Positions 34,041 through 46,807 of a stretch of 64,000 bases of DNA are shown here, piece after piece. Numbering within the stretch: the stretch's first letter is position 1; each line of letters starts with the position of its first letter. Source of the DNA: Calditrichia bacterium (lineage in GTDB: Bacteria; Calditrichota; Calditrichia; JAJRVZ01); NCBI GenBank assembly GCA_963796965.1, contig CAWCNS010000011.1, positions 704,001 to 768,000 of the forward strand, in the 5' to 3' direction. The translations under genes were made by a program, and so were the position numbers. The notes beneath the pieces were generated by a model. It was not told where the DNA came from. It was given only the letters and a program-made list of their open reading frames with translations, and made no database searches.

Positions 34041-35083
34041 TCACGCTATTTCAATATTTTCAAGTGACAAAGACGGATAAGCATTCAAGTCAAATGGAGA
34101 GGTTATTCCGTGATTAAATCGCTCCATCCCAGCTCGTGCAATCATAGCAGCATTATCTGTGCAATAGTCCATCTCAGGTAAAAAAAAATTCATCTTCAGT
34201 TTATTAACTTCTTCTGACATCCATGAACGCAACAAGGAATTCGCAGCTACTCCCCCAACGACTCCCACAGATGTAACTTTATATTCTTCCGCGGCATTCA
34301 TTGTTTTATGTACGAGGACTTCTACAGCCGCTCTCTGATAACTGGCACAAATATCAGGAAGATGTTCATCGACAAAGGACTTGCTCTTGGATTCAAGATA
34401 GACGAGTAAGGAAGTTTTTAGTCCACTGTAGTAAAGTCGAATGGTCCATTCTTCAAAGTGGCACGGGGAAAATGATGGAATGAATCCACACCCCGCCTGG
34501 CAAGCTTATCAATTAATGGCCCTCCCGGATATCCCAAACCCAGCAATTTAGATCCCTTATCAAAGGCCTCCCCAACGGCATCGTCTCTCGTTTTGCCAAT
34601 GATTTTATAATTTAGATGACGTTCCATTATAACAATTTGTGTATGGCCTCCCGAGACGACTAGACTTAAATGTGGGAAATTTATCTGAGGATTCGAAAGA
34701 AAGTTACCATATATATGTCCTTCAATATGATTGATACCGATAAAAGGTATTTTCAAAGCTGTCGATAATCCCTTGGTTAAACTAAGGCCCACAAGTAAGG
34801 CACCAACCAATCCAGGACCATGGGTGACCGCGATTCCATCCAAATCACTTTTATCGATTCCCGCCTTTTTCAGAGCCTGGCTAATGACCATTGTGATAAG
34901 TCTAATATGCGCCCTTGACGCTAACTCCGGAACCACCCCACCAAATTCCGCATGGATCTCCTGGGAGGAAACGATGTTCGACAATACCCTGTTACCCTTA
35001 ATCACTGCGGCAGAGGTCTCATCGCAAGATGATTCAATTCCAAGCACAATTTGTTCTTTTTTCTTATCCATTAAAAACAACAA
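34041..35083 (-). CDS. tsaD: tRNA N6-adenosine threonylcarbamoyltransferase (frameshifts ~34300-34440)
   Basis: [64 protein letters not shown]. Confidence 0.95.
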
Positions 35084-35176
35084 TATGTTTTATGATTTGG
35101 AGGATTTAAATGGGATTTAGTACTAATACTCTCTCAGGTTTTTTGCAATCTGAGGATTGTTACACTACCCAACCAT

Positions 35177-36105
35177 TTATTTCTTCTTGACTTGAAGAGA
35201 GATTTCCTTGGGATATGATTCAATCCAACTAATTTTCTCGGGTGTGATAATACTAACCGCATATCTTTCACGACCCGGTTGATAGTTATGTTTAAAATCG
35301 AATTCAGCCCTGACAGAAGATGTATCCAATGCTGCAACTAGCATCTCCCCCCCTTTACTTTCAGAGCCAGTTTTGAGGGACGAGCTATCACCTCGAGATT
35401 GCCTGGTACGTTATGAATTTTTATGGGAATTTCGCGTACGAAACCCTCCACTAATTTTTGAATCTCAATATTTAAGTCTACAGAAACTGGAGACAACAGA
35501 AAAATTCCTGGCTCCGGATTTATAAGATTCGTTTTTTCAGAAAACGAGGATGTGTTCCCGGAAAATTCAATTGATTCTGTCATTATAGTGGATATCTTAT
35601 TTACTTTTGATCTGGGGCCTCGTACAACGGCCGAATCTACAACAAAGTGATGATCAATTAACGTATAGCCATCTTCAGGTTGGATGACACCAACAAACTG
35701 AATAGGGATTTCCCGAACAATTTCCTGATCAATCTTTAGTTCTATGGTACTTGGTTCGAGAACCTCCAGAACGGGTAATCCAAATGTGGTGGGAAGATCA
35801 AGAAAAGGCAGGTAATCTGCAAGTTTTATATTTTGTGATTTAGTAATATTTGGTAACTCGAGTTTAAAAGCGACATCATAAAACCACAAACCAATAAGTG
35901 CACGTCCTTTCCCCTGAACTTCGATTATCGCAGTTTTTGGAATAGGTTCGAGCAATGTCTTACCCTTGGCCAACCTTCTAATTTCAATCGGAACTGTAAA
36001 TTGATAGACGTAATTTTTTTCATTGGCAACCATCAGCCATAATATTATGGCGAACGCAATTGATCCTAAAATGGGTTTAATATTTAACTTTATTTTTTCT
36101 CTCAT
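35177..36105 (-). CDS. YbbR/CdaR-like membrane protein (frameshift near 35345)
   Basis: N-terminal TM (AIILWLMV), YbbR-type repeats (V.VRGP.S.V..I..I.TE); C-terminus continues in another frame to TAA at 35177. Confidence 0.75.
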
Positions 36106-36197
36106 ATTGCCTGCATGTCATATTACCAAATATTACTCAGATATCTCACACAGCGACACTAAACCGCAGCGCATTTTTTTATTATACAGGATGTATC

Positions 36198-37007
36198 TCA
36201 AACGTTTATATTCGGCTGGCAGATGGGGCAATAATGGGTTCCTCTGCCAGCATGCTTAATTTTGACTATCGGTGAATCGCAGTTAAAGCATGGTTTCCCT
36301 TCCCTTCCATATACCTGCAAATAATTTTGATTTTCTCCGAATCCTCCACCACTTGTTTTATAGTCAGATATTGTTGTTCCCATCCTACGAATTGCCTGAC
36401 TAAGAATATACTGAATTGCATTATAAAGTGTCTGACTCTGTTCTTCTGACAGATCGCCGGTACGAGCTTCCGGATGAATACCCGAACGGAAAAGAGTTTC
36501 ATCTATATATATATTTCCTAGGCCTGCAACAAATTTTTGATCTAATAAAAATGATTTTATTCTAACCTTTCGCTTCTCAATTAATTTATATAGATATTCT
36601 GATGAGAATTTTGAGTCAAGGGCATCAATCCCTGTATTTTTTAACACCGTCTGCGGATCCATTGTCAGCCATATCCGGCCAAACTTACGCAAATCATAAA
36701 ACAGTAAATACTTGCCAGAAGAAAGTAGAAAAATTAAGCGCAGATGCTTCAAATCTTTTGGGGCAGAACTTCTAACGATAAGTTGACCTGTCATTCGCAA
36801 ATGCGTAATTAAATATCCCGAATCTAACTCAAAAAGAATATATTTTCCTTTTCGTGAAATCTTTTCAATTCGTCTCTGTTTAATTTTTAGTTTTGAAGCA
36901 TTAACATAAGCACCGGACCATTTTTTTTTAAGATCAGATACTGTCTCTCCACAGATCTTTTCGCGCAATTCCCTTACAATGGTTTCAACTTCTGGTAATT
37001 CAGGCAT
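36198..37007 (-). CDS. mutM: Formamidopyrimidine-DNA glycosylase
   Basis: MPELPEVE, RKGKY, HLRMTG, GLGNIY.DE, C-terminal zinc finger CFNC...RGTHYCPICQ. Confidence 0.97.
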   Translation of the reverse strand: MPELPEVETIVRELREKICGETVSDLKKKWSGAYVNASKLKIKQRRIEKISRKGKYILFELDSGYLITHLRMTGQLIVRSSAPKDLKHLRLIFLLSSGKYLLFYDLRKFGRIWLTMDPQTVLKNTGIDALDSKFSSEYLYKLIEKRKVRIKSFLLDQKFVAGLGNIYIDETLFRSGIHPEARTGDLSEEQSQTLYNAIQYILSQAIRRMGTTISDYKTSGGGFGENQNYLQVYGREGKPCFNCDSPIVKIKHAGRGTHYCPICQPNINV

Positions 37008-37059
37008 TAGTCAGAAAAACTTGTTGTCTGTTAGTATATAACGTATGTATCGTTTAGGA

Positions 37060-38118
37060 TTACTTCTGATTTAATGTTGTTATAATTTTATTAACCTCAT
37101 CAAAGTACTCCGAACCAACATCTTCCTTCAGATATTTATTAAACTCCTCTAACGCGGAAGATTTATCTCCATTAGCAAGGTGAATTTTCCCAAGATAATA
37201 CCGAGTTTGAGTCAATTTCGGATCCAGGACAAGGGCATGTTTAAATTGTGACTGGGCGTCATTAAAATCATTTTTCTGGAAATAATATAGTCCACGGTAA
37301 AAATACCATTTACCATTTTCCTTATCTAATGCTAAAAGTTTATTAAAATAGGATACCCCTGTCTCATAATTCCCCAATCCATAATAGTCCAAACCCTGCA
37401 ATGTTATAGATTTTTGAGTTGGTTTTCTGATATTTTGGAGATAGGTTATGGACTCCTCAAATTTCTTTCTTCTAAACAGAATATCAGCCCTTAATAAATA
37501 ATAACCATCTTCGAGGGGTATATTATATTCCAGAGCACTTCTTTCATAGATATCCAGGTTATGCTGTGCAACCTCTAGCTCATTCAATGCAATATAACAC
37601 TCAACTATCCTAAGGATAATATCGATTCTTTGTGGCTCAAGACCTGTTACGCGTTTATAAGCCCGAATGGCCTCATCGTTCTGATCCTGTGCCTGATACA
37701 TCTCACCAATAGATTCATGAACAGCAATAAAATTCGATCGCTTTTTCAGGGCTTGGTTAAAGGCTAGTAATGCCTGTGTATAATCGAACTGGGCTCTATA
37801 TATTTCACCCTTCAATTGATAAAATTTTGCCATATCTTTGTTTAAAAGGATGGCTTGATTTATATAATCTAAAGCAAGTGGTAAATTTTGATCGTTATAG
37901 GCTTCAACACTTTGCAAATAATAGGTATAGGGATCGTCCTTTTCAGAATATGATTTTTTTTCCGGTATTGAATATGGCGCACATCCATTAATGAATTGGA
38001 ATAAGAACACAGCGATGCAAATAGATATGATACTTTGAACAGAAGAGAATTTTCTGAAATTCAATAATTCTTTCGGAACCAACCGGAATTTTACTCCAGA
38101 TAGGTAAATTGGTTTCAA
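37060..38118 (-). CDS. TPR-repeat lipoprotein
   Basis: Hydrophobic stretch ending INGC (lipobox-like) followed by several TPR helices; TTG at 38118 overlaps the upstream stop (TTGA). Start is uncertain. Confidence 0.75.
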   Translation of the reverse strand: MKPIYLSGVKFRLVPKELLNFRKFSSVQSIISICIAVFLFQFINGCAPYSIPEKKSYSEKDDPYTYYLQSVEAYNDQNLPLALDYINQAILLNKDMAKFYQLKGEIYRAQFDYTQALLAFNQALKKRSNFIAVHESIGEMYQAQDQNDEAIRAYKRVTGLEPQRIDIILRIVECYIALNELEVAQHNLDIYERSALEYNIPLEDGYYLLRADILFRRKKFEESITYLQNIRKPTQKSITLQGLDYYGLGNYETGVSYFNKLLALDKENGKWYFYRGLYYFQKNDFNDAQSQFKHALVLDPKLTQTRYYLGKIHLANGDKSSALEEFNKYLKEDVGSEYFDEVNKIITTLNQK

Positions 38119-38762
38119 TTGCCAAATACCTCCTCCGCACATTTGGCGCAGTTTTTTTCTGCCCAATCTTTTATGTCTTTCAGGCTCATATAGTTTATAT
38201 CACATTTTCGCTGTTTTCGAATAATAACCATCCTTTCGAGAACTTCAACGACAAATGAGACGTCTCCCTCCATATACCACTTTTTGATCCAGCTTAATAC
38301 CGATTTATAATGTTCTGAGCACTGTAAGAATCCTACGAGACTTGCAGCAGCGGCCCTCATTTCCATATCTGAATATGTCCGGTATCGTTCGATATATGGA
38401 AAAACAGATTGGGGTTTTTCAATACCACATAATTTTAGATTATTTAAAGTGAACAAGCGTACATTTTCATCGTTATCTTCAATTAACTTTTCTAATAAAG
38501 GTTTTAACTTCTTTTTAAGACCTATTCTTCCTATCATTTCTGCTAAAATCGATTTATCCATCGCGGATTTAACAGAATGGGCAGAATAGAAAGAATCAAG
38601 AGCGCGTGGTATTGATTCAAAATATTCGGATGTAACTTCTTCCTGAGATGCAATATCTAATGCACGGCAAACATGGATCATCATTGACGTCGTATTTCTA
38701 ATTTTTCCAGAAGAAGGACGTGTTTCAATGTACGCGTCGTACAATTCTTGTAAATTATTCAT
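38115..38762 (-). CDS. HEAT-repeat-like hypothetical protein
   Basis: LIEDNDENVR and SDMEMRAAAA HEAT-like helices. Confidence 0.6.
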   Translation of the reverse strand: MNNLQELYDAYIETRPSSGKIRNTTSMMIHVCRALDIASQEEVTSEYFESIPRALDSFYSAHSVKSAMDKSILAEMIGRIGLKKKLKPLLEKLIEDNDENVRLFTLNNLKLCGIEKPQSVFPYIERYRTYSDMEMRAAAASLVGFLQCSEHYKSVLSWIKKWYMEGDVSFVVEVLERMVIIRKQRKCDINYMSLKDIKDWAEKNCAKCAEEVFGN

Positions 38763-38797
38763 GCATGGTTCTTTCGAGAGATACGGATTTTGAATGA

Positions 38798-39280
38798 TTA
38801 GAATTTATAACCAATGGTACGCAGGAATTGTTTTCTGTCATTAACATCCTCCTCAGACTCTATACCCTTCGTTTTTATACCATCAATAACTCCGAGGATA
38901 CCACGACCTAAATCCGTTTCAGCTATTAAAACCTCTGTTTCATTCCCGGTGGCGCAAAATATCCGCACGACCTCCGGCACTGATTTAATAGCATTAAGAA
39001 TGTTGAGTGGGAATGCATTGCCAAGAAAAATGACAAAACTATGACCACAGGCAAGATTTAATGCATTATTCCGGGCTAGATTTATTAAATCCTCATCATT
39101 TCCGGAAAAACGGACCAGAGCCTTTTGTGAGGCTTCGCAGAAGGCAATGCCGAACTTTATACCGGGATTAATGTTTACGATTGCCTCATGAATATCTTCA
39201 ACAGTCTTAATAAAATGGGACTGCCCAAGGATAAAATTCATTTCAGCCGGTTTTTCAATTTTATATATCGAGATGTCCAT
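38798..39280 (-). CDS. DUF355 / adenosine-specific kinase family protein
   Basis: [56 protein letters not shown]. Confidence 0.88.
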   Translation of the reverse strand: MDISIYKIEKPAEMNFILGQSHFIKTVEDIHEAIVNINPGIKFGIAFCEASQKALVRFSGNDEDLINLARNNALNLACGHSFVIFLGNAFPLNILNAIKSVPEVVRIFCATGNETEVLIAETDLGRGILGVIDGIKTKGIESEEDVNDRKQFLRTIGYKF

Positions 39281-39629
39281 CTGGTCTATCCTGCTTTTTT
39301 TTATAAATTTAATGAAAAGTTATTATTAATCAACAACTTAATTCCCTCACTACCAGAGATTTTCAAAGGGTATCCAAATTAAAGAAAGTTTTTTTCTTAA
39401 CGCAGAGGGCGCTGAGCTTGCAAAGATAGGTAAACACAATTTTTTGCACTTTCATCCATTTATAATAAGGGACTATGTATCTTTGAGATAAAATAATCAT
39501 CTAATAATGTCACGAGTCGTACGATAATTCGTTTCTTAATATTGTTCGAAAAAATAAACAACAGTAAATTAAGATACAGTAAAGTTTTTTACCAAGAATA
39601 TACCAGAAGCCGACGGAGGTTTAAATAAT

Positions 39630-40561
<932 letters not shown>

Positions 40562-40579
40562 TTATAACATCTAATTCTT

Positions 40580-40678
40580 TAAACACAAAGTTCGCAAAGA
40601 AGGCTCAAAGATCACAAAGAAGAAATATAGAAATAAATATTTGTGTACTTCGTGCTTGCTTTGTGGGCTTTGTGTTTA
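40580..40678. repeat. Periodic inverted-arm intergenic element (CACAAAG units) between convergent genes
   Basis: TAAACACAAAG-TTCGCAAAG-AAGGCTCAAAG-ATCACAAAG ... TTTGTGTA-CTTCGTGCTTG-CTTTGTGGG-CTTTGTGTTTA. Confidence 0.8.
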
Positions 40679-40685
40679 TTCTTTC

Positions 40686-42064
40686 TTACTCTTCAATCGT
40701 TTCCTTCCAATAATAATAGACCGGAAGACCAGCTGCAATCACAATCAATCCAAGAAGTGCCTCAATGGGTTTTTCTATCAAGCGTATTTATCATTATCCA
40801 GATAATTGTTAATCCGAATATAGCCGGAACAAACGGATATCCCCAGACCCGATAAGGTCTTTCCCATGAGGGCCTGCGCCAACGAAGCACAAAAACAGCA
40901 GAGACAGTTCCCACAAAAAACATAATACAGCAAAAGTCACATAGGTGAATAATTCTTCATAGGTACCTGTTAAACATAGGCCACCCGCCAACAGGCCTTG
41001 CCATAGGATCGCCATTGTCGGTGTCCTGTATTAGGATGAATATAGGAAAACTTTTTAAAGAATAATCCATCATTGGCCATGGCATAGTATATTCTCGGTC
41101 CAAATATTATCGTTGCACTTAAGACAGCCTAAGAATCGAAATCAGAATTAATCCTGCCATTAATGTTCCCGCCAGAGTACCAAAGGCATAACTCGTCGCA
41201 TGTTCTCCTATCCTTACAACACCAACCATTTCCTCCATTGGTAATGTGAAAAGATAAAACAGATTTATCAAGAGATAGATCAGTCCTATAAGAGAGATGC
41301 CAATTATCAGACTCAGCGGTAGGTTTCTTCTGACATTTTTTATTTCACTGGCAATGGTATTTACAGAATACCAACCATCAAAGGTCCAGAGTACAGCTAT
41401 CAGGGCAATCCCAATGACAACCGGGATTGATTGTCCTGTCGGGATTTGGATGAGCTATTGTCTGTTACTGTGCCATCCCGCCATTAATCAGGACATAAAT
41501 CCCGGCCAGAATTAAAATACCAATGGCCAGTAATTTAATAATTGTCAGAACATTTTGGACAAAACTTCCGGATCGGATACCATAGTAATTGACAATCGTT
41601 AACAGAATAATACTTGTGAGTGCCACAAGTTGGCCCGCTGAAATGGAAAATCCTGCTATGATAAAGACTTCGCCGGTCCAGTCCGAAATCGGGGACAAAA
41701 TAGGCTAGATACTCAGCAAACCAACTGCCAATGCAGCAATCCCCCCTGTTTGAGTAATAATAAAGGCCGTCCAGCCATACATAAATCCAGCCATTGGGCC
41801 ATAAGCCTCGCGCAAGTATACATATTGACCGCCGGCCTCTGGTATCATTGCTCCCAATTCTGCAAAGGTCAATCCTCCAAAAAGAGACAATAAGGCACCA
41901 AATATCCAAACAAATAATATCCACTCAGCAGAAGGAAGTGATTCTGCAATAATACCAGTCGTCAGAAATATCCCTGATCCAATAACAGAACCAACCACCA
42001 ACAACGTAGCATCAAATAAATTAAGTCGCGCTAAAAGGCCTTTATTGTTTAAGTATTTATTCAT
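40686..42064 (-). CDS. APC-family amino acid permease (multiple frameshifts)
   Basis: VGSVIGSGIF, ELGAMIPEAGG.YVYL..AYG, WTFDGW, RIYYAMA.DG, RPYRVWGYP fragments. Confidence 0.85.
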
Positions 42065-42327
42065 TCTTTATCCTGGTTTTAGGAATTCCAATTTAGGTGA
42101 TATCTCTTTTTAAAGAAAATATTTTTGTTCATAAGCAAATGTAAGAATTCTTTAAACTGCAACATTTTATAGATATTTGGTGTCTGATTTATAAGAATGG
42201 CTTCTTATTATAATAGCCGTTCACGATCACTAACTATAGAAACAACTTAATTTTATTTTGATAAAACAATTGTCCATATTATCCGTATGAATTAATAAAT
42301 TTACTCCCTTCAAAAAATAAAATTCCC

Positions 42328-43491
42328 ATGAGGAAGCATATGAGCCTATCGATCAGCATCCCATTCAGATACCAAAGACAAACCATTTTTAGCCTAATCA
42401 TCATTATGCAGTTATTGTTTGCAACTACTGATTTTTTGTATGGACAAAGCCTGGATATTCCTGTAAAAGGTTATGGCATCAGCTTTGGAAATTCAAAGTA
42501 TTTTACTGGTCTGCGTTTTAATTTCCGTGATAAATGGGTTGAAGAAATCAATGGCATCAATGTTACCCTGTGGAAATCAAAAGAAAATGATGAAGCCGTG
42601 GTAAGAGGTATCTCTCTTGGCATTATTCCGGAAGGTGGTGACCTGGGATATATAAACTTGGGTGTGGCTGGTGTGGGAGCCTCATATCAATTAAGCGGTC
42701 TAAATATTGGAATTCTCGGTGCCGGGTCTGGTGGAGATGTTGACGGAATCACAATTGGTGGTTTAGGTGCCGGAGCAGGGAAAGATGTAACGGGATTTAC
42801 ATTCGGAGGACTTGGTGCAGGGGCCGGTGGCGATTTAACGGGTGTTACGATTGGTGGGCTCGGGGCCGGTGCGGGTGGCTCCTTAAAGGGTATCACCATA
42901 GGCGGACTAGGTGCCGGTTCTGGCGAAGATTTAGTTGGCCTTACGATAGGAGGATTAGGCGCAGGCAGCGGAGGTGATGCCAGCGGTATCACCTTGAGCA
43001 TCTTAGCGGTTGGGGCTGGTGAAAATTTATCGGGAATAAATATTGCCGGTCTTGGTACAGGAGCCGGAGGTGATGTAACTGGATTAAGTTTTGGTGGGCT
43101 GGGATTGGGAGCCGGTAACAATCTTACTGGTCTGAATCTTGCCGGATTGGGCATGGGGGCAGGAAATGAAGTACGGGGAATATCCCTGGCTCTGGGTGCC
43201 ATTGGCGCTCCGAGTGTAAAAGGTATCACCATCGCCGGGTTGGGGGCAGGAGGTGAAGAGGTAACAGGCTTAACACTTGCCCTGGCCCATGTTCGCATAG
43301 AAAATGACGGTACTCTGACTGGATTTGCTGCCAGTGCTTTCAATTATGTAAAAGGTATATTAAAGGGTGTTACATTGGGCATATTCAATTATGCCTATGA
43401 GGTGGAAGGTATTCAGCTTGGCGTGCTGAATTATGTCAAAGATAATCCATCAGGCTTAAAGATTCTTCCGCTTTTTAATACAAGTTTTTAA
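42328..43491 (+). CDS. Secreted/outer-membrane Gly-rich repeat protein (LA_2272-like beta-solenoid)
   Basis: Signal-like N-terminus; about 12 tandem 15-16-aa repeats G[ILV]T[IFL]GGLGAG[AS]G.D[VL].; GIQLG..NY; C-terminal ILPLFNTSF. Confidence 0.75.
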   Translation: MRKHMSLSISIPFRYQRQTIFSLIIIMQLLFATTDFLYGQSLDIPVKGYGISFGNSKYFTGLRFNFRDKWVEEINGINVTLWKSKENDEAVVRGISLGIIPEGGDLGYINLGVAGVGASYQLSGLNIGILGAGSGGDVDGITIGGLGAGAGKDVTGFTFGGLGAGAGGDLTGVTIGGLGAGAGGSLKGITIGGLGAGSGEDLVGLTIGGLGAGSGGDASGITLSILAVGAGENLSGINIAGLGTGAGGDVTGLSFGGLGLGAGNNLTGLNLAGLGMGAGNEVRGISLALGAIGAPSVKGITIAGLGAGGEEVTGLTLALAHVRIENDGTLTGFAASAFNYVKGILKGVTLGIFNYAYEVEGIQLGVLNYVKDNPSGLKILPLFNTSF

Positions 43492-43524
43492 CATCAACAA
43501 CTAACATTTGTGCATGCAGGCTCT

Positions 43525-44325
43525 TTATTTGCAAATAACTTTATAATATTCCGGTCTACGGTCCTCAAAGATATCATTTAAAGGTGTCATGTGTTTATCT
43601 TTAGTGAGACTTAGATCAATTTCCTGAATATGTATATCTTCCCTTTGTGAAACAGATCTAAAAAGCAATTCACCTTTCGGCGCCACAATCTGACTCTTGC
43701 CTGTAAAATTTAGTTTGCCTTGCGGTCTCACATCTGCACCAAACCGATTTGCAGTAATAGCAAAGACATAATTCTCAAGACACCTACTGATCATGGTTTG
43801 CTGACAATAGTCGAGTACCAGGTTGGAGGGATGACAGATAATATCAGCACCCATTAAGGCTAGTGAGCGGACTACTTCAGGAAAAATCCAGTCAAAGCAA
43901 ACCATTATTCCAAGTTTTGCTCCCTTAACTGCCTGCAATTGTAGAGGGATATCGCCCGGATCAAACCACTTTTTTTCTTGATTAAACAAATGTAGTTTTC
44001 GATAGGTGTGAACAGTACCCCCGGGGCCGAGTAACAATGCGCTATTAAATAGTTTATCTTTATATTTTTCTGCAAAACCTGTAACAAGATGAAAATCTTT
44101 TTCCTTACATAATGTAATTAGGCTATCTACCGTGGAAGACTTTTTTACTTCTTCAGCTAATTCGGAGACCTCATTGCGATCCTTAAAATAATATCCGGTA
44201 AATGGCAATTCAGGCAGCACAATAAGGTCGGCATTCATTTCTTTTAGTTTGGATAGAACCTTGTTTAAATTTTTTTCAACCTGTCCAAACATTGGCCTAA
44301 ATTGGTAAAATCCTACACGTAACAT
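43525..44325 (-). CDS. Carbon-nitrogen hydrolase (nitrilase superfamily)
   Basis: Glu-Lys-Cys triad: LPEL, YRKLHLF, VCFDW; C-terminal DRRPE.Y. Confidence 0.92.
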   Translation of the reverse strand: MLRVGFYQFRPMFGQVEKNLNKVLSKLKEMNADLIVLPELPFTGYYFKDRNEVSELAEEVKKSSTVDSLITLCKEKDFHLVTGFAEKYKDKLFNSALLLGPGGTVHTYRKLHLFNQEKKWFDPGDIPLQLQAVKGAKLGIMVCFDWIFPEVVRSLALMGADIICHPSNLVLDYCQQTMISRCLENYVFAITANRFGADVRPQGKLNFTGKSQIVAPKGELLFRSVSQREDIHIQEIDLSLTKDKHMTPLNDIFEDRRPEYYKVICK

Positions 44326-44343
44326 TTTAACCTCTATCGTTTG

Positions 44344-44558
44344 TCCACGAATTATCCGTCTTTGCCGGATCAGGCTGTGCCTGAAACGAATTTAAAAATA
44401 TTTTTCTCTGAATTTATTCTCGAGATTAGATAATTTACTTTATGTTTTAATTATTCTCTTCGCATTTCTCTTTTCTCTCTTCTAAGGCACTAATCAAGTT
44501 ATCACTATTATTTCTAATTTTGACAAATATTCTTATTAGAATTCGTAAAATTCGTGGA
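44344..44558. repeat. Periodic inverted-arm element (CACGAATT) with nested palindromes
   Basis: TCCACGAATT...AAACGAATT ... AATTCGTAA-AATTCGTGGA. Confidence 0.7.
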
Positions 44559-44576
44559 TAAGTGTTTCTCCTCTTT

Positions 44577-45749
44577 TTATCCAAGCAGGATATTCCGTAA
44601 GGTCATGGCACCTCGTTTTAATCGCTCTTCGGGTTCTCCTGTAAAACAAATACGAATGTAGTTCTCATATCCTTTACCGAAATCTTCACCTGGTGCAACG
44701 GATACACCCTGTTCAAGACATTCATCTATAATTTGATTATATGTTTTTTTTCCAAAAAATGATTCAATCGAAAAAAAAGTGAAATAGCCTGCTTGCGGGG
44801 TATATTTAAGAAGATCGATAGTTTCAATAAATATATCACGGAGATCCTGATAATGCTGTCGAACCTTAGTCGTCCATTCATGGCGGGTTTTTATTGGCTC
44901 TATCATCATTTGCTGGGCAAACGTCGATGGACTGTATAATTGATGGACCATTGTTTTATTAATATTTTTAATTACGACTTCACTTGCTACAGCATAGCCA
45001 AGTCGCAACCCGGCAAACATATATAGTTTAGAAAAGGTAAAAACGGATATGGTTCGTTCAGAAAATGCAGGCAAAGAGGCGATGCAAATATGATGCTGAT
45101 CATCATAAGTCAATCCGTCATAGGCTTCGTCAGACAAAATCCACAAATTATTAGATGAAGCAAACCCTCCTATCGCATTTATTTGATCTTTAGATAATAC
45201 TTTTCCACTGGGATTATTTGGCGAATTAAAATAGACAGCGGCCGTTTTAGGTGAAATAAATCTATTTAAGTCACTCTCAATATCCAGATCAGGGTTTTCA
45301 TCAAGGGTCATGTAAAATGGGACTTCAACAATCTTTGCCGGGACTGACTTAACCAGTCCGGGAAATATTGGCCAGCAGGGTGTAAAAACGAGAATTTCGT
45401 CCTCCTGATTCAAAACAGTATGCAAAGCAGCACTCAACGCATTGGTCGCCCCCGCTGTCATAAGAATATTATTTATCGTAGATTTAATACCATTATCACT
45501 ATTCAGTTTTTCTTTCAACACTTTTCGCAGCTCAGTAATACCAAAGGTATTGCAATAACGATTGAAATTCTGTCTCGATGCCAAGAATTTTTCAGTCAGG
45601 GGGATATTATAATAGGGTCGCTGATAGGTATCCCCAATATGTAATCGCACCATTTCTGGTCCATAGACGTCCATTTTTTCACGGAATTTTTCAAAAACCG
45701 CATTTTTTATATTGGAAACCTTATAAGAGAATCCTGGAAATTTTGGCAA
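44577..45749 (-). CDS. PLP-dependent aminotransferase class I/II
   Basis: NSPNNPSG, SDEAY, FSKLY.FAGLRLGY, PG..FG...YIRICF. Confidence 0.92.
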   Translation of the reverse strand: MPKFPGFSYKVSNIKNAVFEKFREKMDVYGPEMVRLHIGDTYQRPYYNIPLTEKFLASRQNFNRYCNTFGITELRKVLKEKLNSDNGIKSTINNILMTAGATNALSAALHTVLNQEDEILVFTPCWPIFPGLVKSVPAKIVEVPFYMTLDENPDLDIESDLNRFISPKTAAVYFNSPNNPSGKVLSKDQINAIGGFASSNNLWILSDEAYDGLTYDDQHHICIASLPAFSERTISVFTFSKLYMFAGLRLGYAVASEVVIKNINKTMVHQLYSPSTFAQQMMIEPIKTRHEWTTKVRQHYQDLRDIFIETIDLLKYTPQAGYFTFFSIESFFGKKTYNQIIDECLEQGVSVAPGEDFGKGYENYIRICFTGEPEERLKRGAMTLRNILLG

Positions 45750-46047
45750 TGTTAATCCTTGTTAAATGGAAAACCATATGGGAATAAATAAGTTAATAAT
45801 TCCAACCCATAGAGTATAAAATATAAAAGTAATCTGGATAGATTAAAACAATTATTGTAAAATTCATATAATTGCACCAGATTTTTATCCGTAAAGACAC
45901 AAGGAAAAATATAGTCGATAAAGTATTTCAAGAAAAAAGACAAATATAACTTTGTGAACTTTACGCTTATTTTTTTCTTTTGTTTTTATTCTAATATTAT
46001 CTTTGCGGTCGCTGCGGCGATGCGTGATAAATAATAAAAAACAAACT

Positions 46048-46807
46048 ATGAAACTCTATTCACGAATCATTGGCGATGGTGATCCCCTTATCATCATGCA
46101 CGGACTTTTTGGCACCTCCGATAACTGGCTCACCATCGGAAAACAACTTTCTGAAGATCACAAATGTTTTTTACTGGATCTACGCAATCATGGTCGTTCC
46201 CCACATAGTCCGGAATTAAACTATGATGATATGGTAGAGGATTTGTATGAATTTCTGACTGATTTTGGGTTAAGGACCGTGTCAATCATTGGCCATTCAA
46301 TGGGCGGGATGACAGACTATGAAATTTGCTTTTGAATATCCCCACCGTGTTAACAAATTAATTGTTGTGGATATTGCACCAAAATCATATCCTGCCCTAC
46401 ACCAGGATATTCTCTCTGGGTTAAGTGCAATTCCTGTAGAGACAATAAGTTCCAGAAAGGAGGCTGATAGTATTCTGGCCGAATTCATTTCCTCCACCCG
46501 CATCCGGCAGTTTCTATTAAAAAGCCTTTACCGAACAGAGAAAGGTCATTATACCTGGCGTATAAATCTGGACGCCATTGCCGGACATGCGGCTGATATT
46601 GGTCGCGGTGTTTCAACAGAAAAAGTTTATGATCAACCTACATTATTTATTCGGGGTGAACTATCAACCTATCTTACTACGAGCGACATTCCAGAAATAA
46701 AGAAGCGATTTCCAAAGGCCAGGATAGAAACGATACATGAAGGAACCCATTGGCTGCATGCGGAAAAGCCAGATGAGCTGGTAAAAATAATACGAACCTT
46801 TCTTTGA
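46048..46807 (+). CDS. Alpha/beta-hydrolase esterase, YbfF-like (one frameshift ~46318)
   Basis: HGLFG.SDNW, DLRNHG.S, GHSMGG, VDIAP, RQFLLK, HWLHAEKP. Confidence 0.88.

Noticed and set aside
42687..43343. 218-aa Pro-rich minus-strand ORF
   Set aside because: Antisense shadow of the Gly-rich repeat gene (GGN codons read as NCC/CCN).
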